In this document: in pieces, positions 1 through 11,340 of the stretch
How the letters are laid out: each line of letters starts with the position of its first letter
How positions within the stretch are numbered: the stretch's first letter is position 1
From: Candidatus Altiarchaeales archaeon
GTDB lineage: Archaea > Altiarchaeota > Altiarchaeia > IMC4 > SCGC-AAA252-I15
NCBI GenBank assembly: GCA_014727915.1
Contig: WJMO01000006.1
Coordinates: 288,001-352,000, forward strand
Direction: 5' to 3'
DNA: 64,000 nt
Notes under the pieces: model-generated
What the model was told of the DNA's origin: nothing
Databases searched by the model: none
The model's input: only the letters and a program-made list of their open reading frames with translations
Position numbers and translations under genes: made by a program

Positions 1-2277
1 ATATTCACATGGGACCTGGTGTTCGGGATATCCGTATTCCTGATGACATTGTTCATCGTGACGCACGTGTGGAACAGCTCATACAACGACCTAAGGCACG
101 CTGAAGAGGAGTATGAGATGAACTGGCTTGCAGAAACCATCTCAGAACAGCTTGTGAGAACGGCCGGGGACCCGCTGAACTGGAGTCAAGGGCACGTGTT
201 CGCCTTCGGCCTGGCGGAGGTCAAGGAAGGCCAGAGCAAATACGACAGCAGAGTGCTGGACGCCGACAAGATGCTCAAACTGGTAAGCAACTTCGGAGAG
301 GACTATGAGGCTGCCAGGAACAACCTGCTAGGATCGAGCAAATACGAGATATACATAGAGTTCTCATGCGTAAACCGATCGGACCTAACATGCCTTCAGG
401 GGCTTTTCCTGGACGAAATCAACGACCCAGTATCATGTGAGAACTATGTAATCGGGGTGAAGGACATGGTCACCAGCAGCTACATATGGCTGGAGGCGGA
501 GGATGAGTGGGGCAACTGGGAGGAATCCTACTGCTGGGAGGGGTGCAGCGGAGGCAACATGAGCCTGGTCCCCGACGGGATCGAAGCGGATCTGAGCATG
601 GACCCAGGGCTGTACCAGATGTGGGCTAGGGTGGTAGACCAGCAGACGAGCGCAGAGATGGTAGTGGACGGGCTGGCACACCCGCTTCACCCGGATTCCG
701 TGCCCGGGCCTGTCGGTTGGAAGTGGATAGGAGCTCAAGACCTCGGGAAAACAGCCAGGGTCCGCTTTGAGAAGACCGAAGGGGACATAGTAGACGCCCT
801 GCTATTCACCACTGACCTCTTCTACGACCCCTCTCTGATAAACACCGAAGAATACGGGAACCCCGTTACATCCGACAAGTGCGTTATAGGGAAGGTCGGC
901 AGGGGCCGCAACCACGTCACCGCAACCAAGAACGCTGTATTCGGGATGCCTGCAAAGGGCAGGGAGGTGATAACAGGGACGGCGGATAGGCTGGACAAGG
1001 AGTTGAACATGAAAGTCGTCGTCTGGACAGGCGAGGAACTGCCAGCCCGGGAGATGACAGGAACCGTAGGGACGAGCTCTACGACATCCACCACCCTGCC
1101 TAAATGGATAGACTGCGAGGGTAGCCCAACGCCCGTGGAACCGTTGGAGGAATGCGAGTACGATTCTCACTCCATAGACATAAGGAACATAACGCTATGG
1201 GGCCTCAATGGAATGAGCAGGGTCATCCGATGCGGGAGCGAGAAGAACCTCACAGTAAAGTGGCGTGGTAAGCACAGCAACCACCCCAACTACTTCGCAT
1301 TCTACCTTGACGACAGCCAACAGTACCTCGGGTCATGCCAGAGCGACAACACAGCGGAAGAGCTGATGGGAGAGGTCTACGACTATGTCATGAACTGCAC
1401 CATAGACATACCCGACGGGGACAGCTTCCCAGTCAAGGACGGATACCACGACTTCATAGTTACAGGCGAGGACTACGCAGGATACTGCCCGCCAAGCCCC
1501 GGCGAGTTCTACGCAGACGATGAGGAGTCGACGAGAGTGGACGTCACGGAATGCATGGACTACACTAGCCTATCCTGCTCTCAGACCTCAGGAGTCGCGC
1601 TTAGGTGCGGAAGCGCAAGCGGTACGGTCGAGGAAGTATACGACGTAGAAGTGAGCGAACTAAACTGCGGATTCTTGAACCAGGTGGTGGTAAGGTGGGG
1701 TGGAACCCACGGAGCAGACAAGGAGGTATACTGGACTTTCGTCGTCGACACAGGAGAGGGTTTCAAGTGCCTTGGAACCTGCAAGTCGTCGGTGGACCCA
1801 GAGGACGGGCCAGGCAGGGAAGACTATGAGATGACATGTGACCTGAACCTGAACAACCTGGACTGTCTCGGAGACCCATACAACATAGAAGGGGACTACT
1901 GGTTCTACGCAATCGCGGAATCAGACAACAGGGACTACTGCAGCCTGCCCAACAGTCCGGACGCTGAGGCGGTTGGCAGGACCGGTAATCAGGTGACGGT
2001 GAACTGCATCCTATCCGGGAGCTACGTGCTCGTGAAATACTACGTTGACGTGGCGGTAGCGACCGGGTCGGAGCTGTGGACGGACACCTCTGGGACATGG
2101 GAGGTGACGGCCACGGTCAGCCCGCTCGACCCGCCGACGGAAGGGGAGCACATGGCATTGATAGACGATATCGAACCCGGGGTTTACGAGTGGAACATCA
2201 AACTCTCCCCCGAGGGTGTGAAGCCGTTGACCAATGATTTCTTATACGATGAAAATCAAGAGTTAATAGTGGAGTAA
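1..2277 (+). CDS. Large pilin-like/secreted Cys-rich surface protein (5'-truncated by window edge)
   Basis: Frame open from base 1 (IFTWDLVFGISVFL..., like the hydrophobic segment after an archaeal class III signal), then 'SEQLVRTAGDPLNW'; Thr linker; two internal Cys-containing beta-repeats. Confidence 0.7.
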   Translation: MFTWDLVFGISVFLMTLFIVTHVWNSSYNDLRHAEEEYEMNWLAETISEQLVRTAGDPLNWSQGHVFAFGLAEVKEGQSKYDSRVLDADKMLKLVSNFGEDYEAARNNLLGSSKYEIYIEFSCVNRSDLTCLQGLFLDEINDPVSCENYVIGVKDMVTSSYIWLEAEDEWGNWEESYCWEGCSGGNMSLVPDGIEADLSMDPGLYQMWARVVDQQTSAEMVVDGLAHPLHPDSVPGPVGWKWIGAQDLGKTARVRFEKTEGDIVDALLFTTDLFYDPSLINTEEYGNPVTSDKCVIGKVGRGRNHVTATKNAVFGMPAKGREVITGTADRLDKELNMKVVVWTGEELPAREMTGTVGTSSTTSTTLPKWIDCEGSPTPVEPLEECEYDSHSIDIRNITLWGLNGMSRVIRCGSEKNLTVKWRGKHSNHPNYFAFYLDDSQQYLGSCQSDNTAEELMGEVYDYVMNCTIDIPDGDSFPVKDGYHDFIVTGEDYAGYCPPSPGEFYADDEESTRVDVTECMDYTSLSCSQTSGVALRCGSASGTVEEVYDVEVSELNCGFLNQVVVRWGGTHGADKEVYWTFVVDTGEGFKCLGTCKSSVDPEDGPGREDYEMTCDLNLNNLDCLGDPYNIEGDYWFYAIAESDNRDYCSLPNSPDAEAVGRTGNQVTVNCILSGSYVLVKYYVDVAVATGSELWTDTSGTWEVTATVSPLDPPTEGEHMALIDDIEPGVYEWNIKLSPEGVKPLTNDFLYDENQELIVE

Positions 2278-2281
2278 TGTC

Positions 2282-5200
2282 ATGAAAAGGGTGGTTTTTT
2301 GTGTTTTCTGGCTTTTAACCCTGAGCAGCCTAGCTTCGGCTGACGTCACATACACAATCCACCCCCAGGAGCACACGTTCAGGCCTGGGGAGACGGTCGA
2401 ATACTTCATAACAGTCAGCAACACAGGAGGAGCGACCGAGACTGTTGACTTCGACGTCACAGGACTGACCCCCGGATTCTCCTCTACGGTAGTGTACAGG
2501 GACGATGAAATACTAGCAGGAGCCTCCATAGTCGCCACTATGAGGATAACCGCCAACATCGGCGTCTCAGAGGGCACATACACCAACCAGGTAGTGGTGA
2601 CCCCCAGCAGCCAGGGACCGTTGAGCGTTGACAACATCATACTACCAGGGCGCGGGAACCCCGTGGTAGAGGGGGTGGTGAACTTCTGCCGGGACAGCGA
2701 CAACCTGGTGAAGATGTCCTGCTCTTCCACGGGATACTTCGACTCCGACGCCCTGTGCGGGGGAGCCCAGGTCGGGCATTGGGTCGAGTTCGGCGATGGA
2801 GTGGACGCGGGCAAGTGCACGGAGATCGTGGGGGCAACCTGCGGTAGCGAATGCTGGCCGCTAGGACACCCGTGTCTGGAGATAGGCATACCGGTAGTAG
2901 CGGAACAGGGCTACGCGTTCATGGTGTGGGAGAGCGGATTAAGCTGCAACGAGTTCGCCACAACAACCACCACATCAACGACAGTAACGACCACCTCAAG
3001 CACGGTGATAACCACGACCAGCACCAGCACCACGTCGACCACCATATACCAGCCGCCGACCGAGAACTGCTGCAACCAGGTCGACGACGACGGCGATCCG
3101 TGGATCGACGGCGAGGACACCGTAGACTGCCAGAAGGACAGAGGACTGAACGTGGGCTGGAACAACATATGCTGGGCGACTAGGTGGGACGACTACGCCC
3201 CCAGCTCGGACTACCAGTCCGGCGAGTACACCTGCCCGACGGACCACATCGTCTCGGAAGTCGAGATAATCCAGTACATGGAGGATTGCTGCGACTACTT
3301 CCGCATATACGACTCGAGCGACAGCATAGTACACCAGAGCAACGGAGATAACGGGTTCAGGACCATCGACGTCAGGGGGGCGAGCACCCAGAGCATATAC
3401 TTCGAGTTCACAAGCGACGGAAGCAACGAATACGACGGCGTGAGGGTGAACAGGATAGAATGCGAGCACGTGTCAGACCAGTGCCGGGACACGTGCATCT
3501 CGGAAGGCTACCTGGACGGACAGTGCAGGGGCATCGACCTCTCGGGCACATCATGCACCAGCTACCTACCGGACAGCTTCTGCGAAGTGGACTACCTTGG
3601 AGAGATGTGCTGTGAAGGGTTCTCCGACGGCACAGACTGCCCGGACAGCTCCTACGATTTCTTCGAGTCATGCTGCGAGACAAACGGAAAATTCCTGGGA
3701 GGCTACGACCCAATGGCCCCGTTGGACTGCGCCGGTGAGGGAGTAACATTCGAGTGCGTGGATGACAACAACTGCGACGGACTAGTATGCCTTGGGACCA
3801 CCCACATAGGGAGGACTCCCTGCCCGTTCCCCGACCAGCAGCAGTGCTGCTGCAGTGGAACGCCCCAGACCACAACCACTACGACCATAGTGTCCGCTCC
3901 GGAGGTCTGCTGCAACGACTACGACGACGACTACGACGGCTTGGAGGACGGAGAGGACGAGACGGACTGCAACGGAGACGTCACCCTGGAGGCTGGAGCG
4001 AACAGCGTATGCTGGTGGACGCGGTGGGACAACTACGCCTCTAGCTCGGACTACCAGTCCGGCCTCTACACCTGCCCGGCAGACCACATAGTTACAGACG
4101 TGGACGTCACGCAGGACATGGAAACATGCTGCGACTACTTTGAGATACTAGACGACACCGGAGCAGAGCTTCACAGCAGCTACGGCCACTTCGGGGACAG
4201 GGTGATAGACCTTTCCACGCACAAGAAGCAGAGCATAAGGTTCCACTTCACCAGCGACATAAGCCAGGAATACGACGGCGTGAAGATAAACTCGATAACA
4301 TGCGTGGAATACGTGGGCCCAACGACGACTTCGACCACATCCTCGACGGTGACCACATCAACCCTGCCCGGCGGATGCCTGGACATGGACGCGACACAGT
4401 ACTGCGCGGTGACTGGCGGGCGCACGTTCACGGGAGAGTACATAACACGCGTGGACATTCATGGAATAGACCGCTCTTCGGGGCAGGAACGCTACCTGGA
4501 CGCTACGGACAGCGTCACGGACCCGCTAGTGAAGACCGGAGTATACATGCTAAGGCTCTACTATCCGGCGGCTACAGGCCAGGCCGGCGACTGCTTCGCG
4601 GCCTGGTTCGACTGGAACCAAGACGACAACTTCGACGACGGAACGGAAAGGATCAGCCTTGGCTGCGCCCACACCGGCTCAGACCACATAGACGGTTTCG
4701 TCGGAGTACCATCGTCCGCGGTGAACGGGCCGACGATGTTCAGGATCATGGGCGAGGACGGCACACCCCCAGGCCCCTGCACGGACCCGAGCTTCAACGA
4801 GATAGAGGATTACTCGGCATGCATAACGGACACAGGAACCCCGGCAACGACAACGACAACGACATCCACAACCCTGCCAGGGCCCGAGCTGATAATATCG
4901 GACGTCATAGTTTCGCCGAACCCGCCGGTGGCGGGGCAGAACAACGACCTCCAAGTCACCGTAAAGAACCTTGGCGTGGTGGAGGTCACAAACACTGACC
5001 TTTACATTTCATTCAAGGCCCAGGGAACAAGCTGCGGATGGACCAGCAAGTTCGTCTCTTCACTACCTTACAACGGAGAGACCGTGTTCAGCGGGTTGTC
5101 CTACTTCATCGACACGGCCAGCGTAGGGAACGACCTGCTGATCGACGTCGACGTCAACCCCAACCTATGCGGGAGCGATAGGAACTATGTCAGCGAGGTC

Positions 5201-8200
5201 TTCGAGGACAACAACCAGTGGAATGCGGGCGCGGTAGAATCCCCGCCGATGCCGGACCTGATAATAACCGACGTGCAGCCGAGCCCGGACCCGCCGGAAG
5301 GGGACGCAACGAACAGCTTTGACGTGACAGTCAAGAACGTGGGAAGCGACAGCACAGGATCGGCCACAACATACCTTTCGGCTGATGTGGCCGGCACCAG
5401 CTGCCAGGAGACGAGCATATTCCTGAACGACCTCGCCCCGAACTCCCAGCAGACCTATACGATGAGCTTCTTCATCAACGCCGGAAGCGCGGGGCAGCCC
5501 ATATACTTCGACGTCGACTACGGGCCGAATCTATGCGGTTATTTCAGGAGCTACATCACAGAGGAGGATGAGACAAACAACGGATTCATAGGGCCGACCG
5601 TCCTGCCAGATACCATGGGATTGAGGAACCCTGGCTTCGAATCCGGGAGTGGCGCGGACGCGGACAACTGGGATGAAAGCTTCGCCAGTGCGGATAGGTC
5701 GAGCGACAGGTCGCATGACTCCACATATTCCATGAAGTTCATAGCCCCCAACACACCCCAGTCGGTGTTCCAGGAGACGGTTAGGGTTCTGCCAAACGTC
5801 GAATACCGCCTTGGAGGGTGGATATACGACAGCCTGACATCGGGTAACGCATACCTGGACCTGAACGACATAGGAGAGGAGTGCGAAGCCGGTTCGACGC
5901 TTAACGGCCAGTGGGAGCACGTGGAATGCACGTTCACAACGGGCAGCAGCAGAGAGATCGTCACCGTCCGTATGGTCACCGACGGCTCCATCGCAGGGAA
6001 CACAGGCAACGTATGGTTCGACGACCTGGAGCTGGAGCCTGCCGCGGCGGCGCCGGAGGTCTGCTGCAACGACGCGGACGACGACTTCGACTCGTTGGAG
6101 GACGGCGAGGACATGGTGGACTGCAGCCAACCAGCCGTTTCGCTCTCCCCAGGATCTAACAGCGTTTGCTGGTGGACGCGGTGGAACGACTACGAACCGG
6201 GTTCAAGCTACAAGTCCTTCACCTTCGAATGCCCGAGCGGATACCACGTGAGCGAGCTGAACATGGACGTCGACACCGAGGCCAACAATGACGTCATAAG
6301 CATCTACGACGACTACACAAACTTCCTGCTGGCGGAGAGGAGCGGGAGCAGGCCCTCGGAGACCGTCGACGTGTCCGAGTTCAAGAAGGGCAGCGTGCAC
6401 ATGTGGTTCAGCAGCGACAGCAACACACAATACGACGGGGTCAAGGTGAACACGATCACATGCGGCCAGAGCCTGGACACCTGCGACGCGGAATGCCTGT
6501 CAAGGGGTTTCGACTCCGGAACGTGCCGGCCCATAGACTTGTCAGGGACCTTCTGCAGGGAATTCCTCCCTGATACCTGGTGCACAATAGACGATCCGGG
6601 CGGGAACCTCTGCTGCGAGGGCCCCGCGGACACGGACCTGGACTGCGCCAACGACCCGTACATGTTCTACTCGGCATGCTGCGGGCAGAACGGGGAATAC
6701 CTGACGGAATACGACCCTATGGGTCCGGCTAACTGCGGCTTTGAGGGAAGCACCTTCTGGTGCGCAGCCACGGACCCTTGCAACGGCGTCTGCCTCGGGG
6801 ACAGACACATCGGAAGGACGCCCTGTGCGGACCCGGACAATGAGGTGTGCTGCTGCGCGGGCATCGGTCCCACGACCACAACATTGGGTGTGGCAACAGA
6901 GATCTGCTGCAACGACTTCGACGACGACACGGACGGGTTGGAGGACGGAGAGGACGAATCAGACTGCGACATGGACGTCAACCTGAACACCGGGACAAAC
7001 AACGTGTGCTGGTGGACGCGGTGGAACGACTACGCATTCGGCTCCAACTACGGGTCGGGATGGTACATATGCCCGGCGGGGAACATAGTGTCGGAGGTCA
7101 GCATAACCCAGGACATGGAAAGCTGCTGCGACTACTTCAGCATATACAATTCAGGCAATACAATCATAGATTCGAGCAACGGGCAGCAGGGAACTAGGAC
7201 TTTGGACCTGTCAGCGGACGGCACAGACAGGATAAGGTTCGAGTTCACAAGCGATGGGAGCGTCCAATATGACGGGGTGAAGGTCCACACGATCACCTGC
7301 TTTGAGCCCACGCCAGAGGACTGCTGCAATGGCATAGACGACGACACGGACGGGTTAATGGACGGGGAAGACGAGGCAGACTGCGGTGGGGGAGTGGCGA
7401 TGCTCAGCAACACCGTTAATCCGATATGCTGGTGGACGCGGTGGGACGACTACTCACCTTTCTCAGACTATAACTCCCCCGTCTACGAGTGCCCTTTGAA
7501 CAGCAAGGTGACGGATGTCGAGGTGGACCTGCAGACGGAGGGAGGTTATGACTACTTCAGGATATACGATGACGACGGGGACGTTCTCTTGGAGGAGTTG
7601 GACGGGCAGTTCGGACTGTATACCGCAGACATCTCAAGCGACGACGCCAGGAGCATCTACTTCAACTTCTACAGCAACAGCGGAATCGAATATGACGGTG
7701 TAAAAATCAACAGCATAACCTGCGCGCAGATGACGACTACCACCTCGACCACCCTGCCGACAGCGATAACCGAGGGCGTGGTGGACGAGTGCGACGACAC
7801 GGTCGACGGCGCGGGAACGTTCTGCGTCAGCGGGGAGGGCTTCAGCTCGGCAGCCCTGTGCGGCGGAGTCCAGGCAGGCGACTGGGTCGGATTCCACACG
7901 GGATACGAGAGCGGCAGGTGCCTGGAGGTGGACACGACATTCTGCACTCCCTGCTTCGGAGGCTCCAACGACTGCATATACTTCAACGAGGTCTTCCCCT
8001 TGACGATACAGCAGGGCGACCAGTTCAAAGTATGGGATAGTCTTACCGACTGCCTCGACGACGTGCCCGCGATACCCGCGGGGACCAACCTGGAGATAGT
8101 GAAGCTGGGCTCGAGCTGGGGGCAGATAGGCACGTACAACTCCGTGGACTTGAACGCGTATGTCAAGAACACCGGCACAGCCAACGCCGCCGCCACATTG

Positions 8201-11200
8201 TACGCGGACTTCCTGGTGGAGCACCCCAACGGCGACACCTGCCTCGCGGACACCCGAAGCACGGCATTGAACCCGAGAGAGGTCGGAAAGTTCACAGTAC
8301 TATGGGACACTGACATAGACGTGGGTACTAACACGGTGACTGCATTCATCGACAAGGACAACACCTGCGGCAGCGGCCATGACACGAACTCGGAGACTGA
8401 TGAAACAGACAATTCGATCGTCGAAACGTTCGACGTGGCAGGCCCCGACCTGGTGATAACCGACGTATCAACCTCCCCGGACCCTTTGGATGAGGGGAGC
8501 AACGACATCACCGTTACGGTCGAGAACATCGGTGGATCGACAGCATACGACCCGATAACGGTTAAGGTAAACGTTCCCGGGGAGCCGTGCGCCAGCGCGA
8601 ACACGTTCGGACAGATGGACCCGGGACAGACTGAGACGGTCAGCATAAGCGGGTACGTGCTGAGCGCCAACGCAGGAGGCCGGCAGCTGAATGCGTCAGT
8701 TGACGCTAACCCGGACGTCTGCGGCCAGGACAGCGACAACACCCCATACGAGGAGGACGAGAGCAACAACGAATACGCGGACGGCATAGTCGCCGGGGGA
8801 GGCCCCGACCTGCAGATAACCGACCTGCAGCTTAGCGACACAACACCCGCGAAAGGAGATTACATAACGTTCACCGCGACCGTGGAGAACACCGGGTCCT
8901 TCGAGACTACCATCGGTTGGATATACGTGGACATGGTCTTGGACGACGGGAGCTGCCTGTGCACGGGCAACGCATACGTGAACATGCAGCCGGGTGACGC
9001 GAGGACTTTCAGCTGCGGGTGGACCGTGAACAAGGTGGGGACGCGCACAATAACGGCCATCGTCGACGGGCCGAACGACGATAACAGCTGCGCCAACCAC
9101 GATTACATCGACGAGATGAGCGAGACCAACAACGGCTTCCCGTACAACGTGGACATCGCCGGACCCGACCTGGTCATCGAGAACTTCCAGATGACACCCG
9201 CAAGCCCAGCATACAACGAGCAGGTGACGTTGAGCGCGGACGTCCGGAACACCGGGACCACAGCCACGGGTTGGGGCACCAAGTACATCTACTTCTCGCT
9301 CGATGACGGGATATGCCCCAGCATAGGCAACACCTACAGGAACCTCGACATCGCCGCTGGAGGGGTAGAGTCTTTCTCCCGGACATGGAACGCAAACACG
9401 AGGGGAACACGCACGATAACAGCGTCCGTAGACTCTAAAACACCCTGCGCCAACTACGACAACACCCCCGAGACCGACGAATCGAACAACAACGCGACCA
9501 CCGCCCCCTTCCACATACCGGGTCCGGACCTCCAGATAAGCAACCTAGTCATAAGCGACATGACACCCGCCATGGGGGACAGCGTTACCTTCACGGCTAC
9601 CGTAGTGAACACCGGCGACGAAGCGACCAGCGGGAACAAGTACATCAAGTACGTGACGAACGAGAGCGAATGCCTCATCGCCACCTCGAAGAACGTGAAC
9701 CTCGCCGCGGGCGGAGGCACCGACACCATAACGGGGAACTGGAACGTGAACGTCGCTGGGAAGCAGACGATAACGGCGATGATAGACCGGAACCACGTTT
9801 GCGCCAACTACGACTACACCGACGAGACCGACGAGGGCAACAACAACTTCACGTCCACGCTGGTGGACATAACGCCCCCCGACCTGGTAGTGGAGAGCCT
9901 CGAGTTCATACCATCAGACCCGGGAATAGGGGAGAATGTGATACTGAGAGCGACCATCAGGAACGACGGCACCGCAAAGGCGGTTAACAGTATCTATGTG
10001 ATGTTCCAGAACGCCACCAGCTGCATAGGATACAGGAGCACCAGTTTGGACATCAACCCAGGGCAGAGCTACCAGATGTCTGATTACACCTGGAGCATGA
10101 AGTGGCCGGGCACCCAGACGATAACAGCCACCGTAGACAGGGACATCGCGGGATGCAATTGGAACTTCGACTACAACGCCGAAGCGGACGAGACAAACAA
10201 CGAGCTGGCGAACACGTTCACTGTTTTGCAGCCGGACCTGATAATAGAGTCCCTGCAGGTGGAGCCTGCGAGCCCCGGAACCAACGAGTACGTAACGTTC
10301 AGGGCTACCGTGGGGAACCAAGGACCGGGCACCGCAGGATACACTATACAGGTAGGATTCAAGAACGCTACAACCTGCATCGCGACCTCCCTCTCCTCCA
10401 ATGACATACCTCCAGGCGGGAGCCTCGACATAACGCACAGCAGATACTGGAGGTGGCCCGGGGCGCAGACCCTGACTGCCTACGTGGACACGGAAGTGCC
10501 AGCTTGCAGCTGGTACTTCGACAACCACCCCGACGAATTGGACGAAGGCAACAACGACTTGTCAACCACGTTCACCGTCCTCCAACCCGACCTGGAGATA
10601 GTCAACGTCGTCCCGGACCCTGACCCCCCGGCGCCGGGAGCCAACTACTTCGACATAACCGTCCGAAACAACGGGCCAGGGACCGCGGGCGGGAACATAG
10701 TTGTGACTTACAAGTCGCCGGGTACATCCTGTGTGTCAAGGTCCACCGGCACGGACATACCATCGGGCGGGGAGTACACGTTCAACAACCAATACTACAA
10801 CATGCAGGCCGCGAGCGCAGGGCAGGGTGTCATGTTCGACGTGGACAAGGCGGACAGCCTATGCGGCAACGACCAAGACAACAACATTGAGACCGACGAG
10901 ACCAACAACGAATACCAGATCGGCTCAGTATCCCTGCCAGACCTGGTGGTAAGCAACGTGGCCACCAGCCCGGACCCGCTTGCGGCAGGGCAGTGGAACG
11001 ACCTGGACATAACCATAGAGAACCAGGGAGCCGGGCCGACGGACAGCAGCTACATATACACGTCCGTGATAGCCCAGGGTTCGAACTGCAACAACTACAA
11101 CACCCCCTATAACCTACACCTCGCCCCCGGGGAATCATACACGTACAACGTACAATACTACATATACGGGTCAAGCTCTGGGGAGAACCTAGTCGCGTCG

Positions 11201-11299
11201 GTGGACGCGAGCCCCAGCGTCTGCGGAGGAACCAGCTACAACTACAACATAGAGTCGGACGAGACCAACAACCAGCACACCATCGGAGTGATAACTTAA
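2282..11299 (+). CDS. Giant 3005-aa secreted multidomain protein (CUB-like x5, Cys-rich modules, GEVED-like, CBM4/9-like, ~11 CARDB repeats)
   Basis: Signal peptide; FxSDxSxxYDGV CUB-like motifs; AWFDWNQDDNF...EIEDY GEVED motif; LRNPGFE...WFDDL CBM-like; repeated PDLxI...ExDExNN CARDB units; Thr-rich linkers. Confidence 0.85.
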   Translation: MKRVVFCVFWLLTLSSLASADVTYTIHPQEHTFRPGETVEYFITVSNTGGATETVDFDVTGLTPGFSSTVVYRDDEILAGASIVATMRITANIGVSEGTYTNQVVVTPSSQGPLSVDNIILPGRGNPVVEGVVNFCRDSDNLVKMSCSSTGYFDSDALCGGAQVGHWVEFGDGVDAGKCTEIVGATCGSECWPLGHPCLEIGIPVVAEQGYAFMVWESGLSCNEFATTTTTSTTVTTTSSTVITTTSTSTTSTTIYQPPTENCCNQVDDDGDPWIDGEDTVDCQKDRGLNVGWNNICWATRWDDYAPSSDYQSGEYTCPTDHIVSEVEIIQYMEDCCDYFRIYDSSDSIVHQSNGDNGFRTIDVRGASTQSIYFEFTSDGSNEYDGVRVNRIECEHVSDQCRDTCISEGYLDGQCRGIDLSGTSCTSYLPDSFCEVDYLGEMCCEGFSDGTDCPDSSYDFFESCCETNGKFLGGYDPMAPLDCAGEGVTFECVDDNNCDGLVCLGTTHIGRTPCPFPDQQQCCCSGTPQTTTTTTIVSAPEVCCNDYDDDYDGLEDGEDETDCNGDVTLEAGANSVCWWTRWDNYASSSDYQSGLYTCPADHIVTDVDVTQDMETCCDYFEILDDTGAELHSSYGHFGDRVIDLSTHKKQSIRFHFTSDISQEYDGVKINSITCVEYVGPTTTSTTSSTVTTSTLPGGCLDMDATQYCAVTGGRTFTGEYITRVDIHGIDRSSGQERYLDATDSVTDPLVKTGVYMLRLYYPAATGQAGDCFAAWFDWNQDDNFDDGTERISLGCAHTGSDHIDGFVGVPSSAVNGPTMFRIMGEDGTPPGPCTDPSFNEIEDYSACITDTGTPATTTTTTSTTLPGPELIISDVIVSPNPPVAGQNNDLQVTVKNLGVVEVTNTDLYISFKAQGTSCGWTSKFVSSLPYNGETVFSGLSYFIDTASVGNDLLIDVDVNPNLCGSDRNYVSEVFEDNNQWNAGAVESPPMPDLIITDVQPSPDPPEGDATNSFDVTVKNVGSDSTGSATTYLSADVAGTSCQETSIFLNDLAPNSQQTYTMSFFINAGSAGQPIYFDVDYGPNLCGYFRSYITEEDETNNGFIGPTVLPDTMGLRNPGFESGSGADADNWDESFASADRSSDRSHDSTYSMKFIAPNTPQSVFQETVRVLPNVEYRLGGWIYDSLTSGNAYLDLNDIGEECEAGSTLNGQWEHVECTFTTGSSREIVTVRMVTDGSIAGNTGNVWFDDLELEPAAAAPEVCCNDADDDFDSLEDGEDMVDCSQPAVSLSPGSNSVCWWTRWNDYEPGSSYKSFTFECPSGYHVSELNMDVDTEANNDVISIYDDYTNFLLAERSGSRPSETVDVSEFKKGSVHMWFSSDSNTQYDGVKVNTITCGQSLDTCDAECLSRGFDSGTCRPIDLSGTFCREFLPDTWCTIDDPGGNLCCEGPADTDLDCANDPYMFYSACCGQNGEYLTEYDPMGPANCGFEGSTFWCAATDPCNGVCLGDRHIGRTPCADPDNEVCCCAGIGPTTTTLGVATEICCNDFDDDTDGLEDGEDESDCDMDVNLNTGTNNVCWWTRWNDYAFGSNYGSGWYICPAGNIVSEVSITQDMESCCDYFSIYNSGNTIIDSSNGQQGTRTLDLSADGTDRIRFEFTSDGSVQYDGVKVHTITCFEPTPEDCCNGIDDDTDGLMDGEDEADCGGGVAMLSNTVNPICWWTRWDDYSPFSDYNSPVYECPLNSKVTDVEVDLQTEGGYDYFRIYDDDGDVLLEELDGQFGLYTADISSDDARSIYFNFYSNSGIEYDGVKINSITCAQMTTTTSTTLPTAITEGVVDECDDTVDGAGTFCVSGEGFSSAALCGGVQAGDWVGFHTGYESGRCLEVDTTFCTPCFGGSNDCIYFNEVFPLTIQQGDQFKVWDSLTDCLDDVPAIPAGTNLEIVKLGSSWGQIGTYNSVDLNAYVKNTGTANAAATLYADFLVEHPNGDTCLADTRSTALNPREVGKFTVLWDTDIDVGTNTVTAFIDKDNTCGSGHDTNSETDETDNSIVETFDVAGPDLVITDVSTSPDPLDEGSNDITVTVENIGGSTAYDPITVKVNVPGEPCASANTFGQMDPGQTETVSISGYVLSANAGGRQLNASVDANPDVCGQDSDNTPYEEDESNNEYADGIVAGGGPDLQITDLQLSDTTPAKGDYITFTATVENTGSFETTIGWIYVDMVLDDGSCLCTGNAYVNMQPGDARTFSCGWTVNKVGTRTITAIVDGPNDDNSCANHDYIDEMSETNNGFPYNVDIAGPDLVIENFQMTPASPAYNEQVTLSADVRNTGTTATGWGTKYIYFSLDDGICPSIGNTYRNLDIAAGGVESFSRTWNANTRGTRTITASVDSKTPCANYDNTPETDESNNNATTAPFHIPGPDLQISNLVISDMTPAMGDSVTFTATVVNTGDEATSGNKYIKYVTNESECLIATSKNVNLAAGGGTDTITGNWNVNVAGKQTITAMIDRNHVCANYDYTDETDEGNNNFTSTLVDITPPDLVVESLEFIPSDPGIGENVILRATIRNDGTAKAVNSIYVMFQNATSCIGYRSTSLDINPGQSYQMSDYTWSMKWPGTQTITATVDRDIAGCNWNFDYNAEADETNNELANTFTVLQPDLIIESLQVEPASPGTNEYVTFRATVGNQGPGTAGYTIQVGFKNATTCIATSLSSNDIPPGGSLDITHSRYWRWPGAQTLTAYVDTEVPACSWYFDNHPDELDEGNNDLSTTFTVLQPDLEIVNVVPDPDPPAPGANYFDITVRNNGPGTAGGNIVVTYKSPGTSCVSRSTGTDIPSGGEYTFNNQYYNMQAASAGQGVMFDVDKADSLCGNDQDNNIETDETNNEYQIGSVSLPDLVVSNVATSPDPLAAGQWNDLDITIENQGAGPTDSSYIYTSVIAQGSNCNNYNTPYNLHLAPGESYTYNVQYYIYGSSSGENLVASVDASPSVCGGTSYNYNIESDETNNQHTIGVIT

Positions 11300-11340
11300 A
11301 AACTCGACTGTTTTTTAGGGATATATCCATTTAATTGTAC

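Noticed and set aside
3160-7460. Recurring DNA motif tgctggtggacgcggtgg(g/a)acgactac as a possible CRISPR-like repeat
   Set aside because: Spacing is irregular (hundreds to thousands of nt), and it encodes the CWWTRW motif in frame within repeated protein domains; no cas genes
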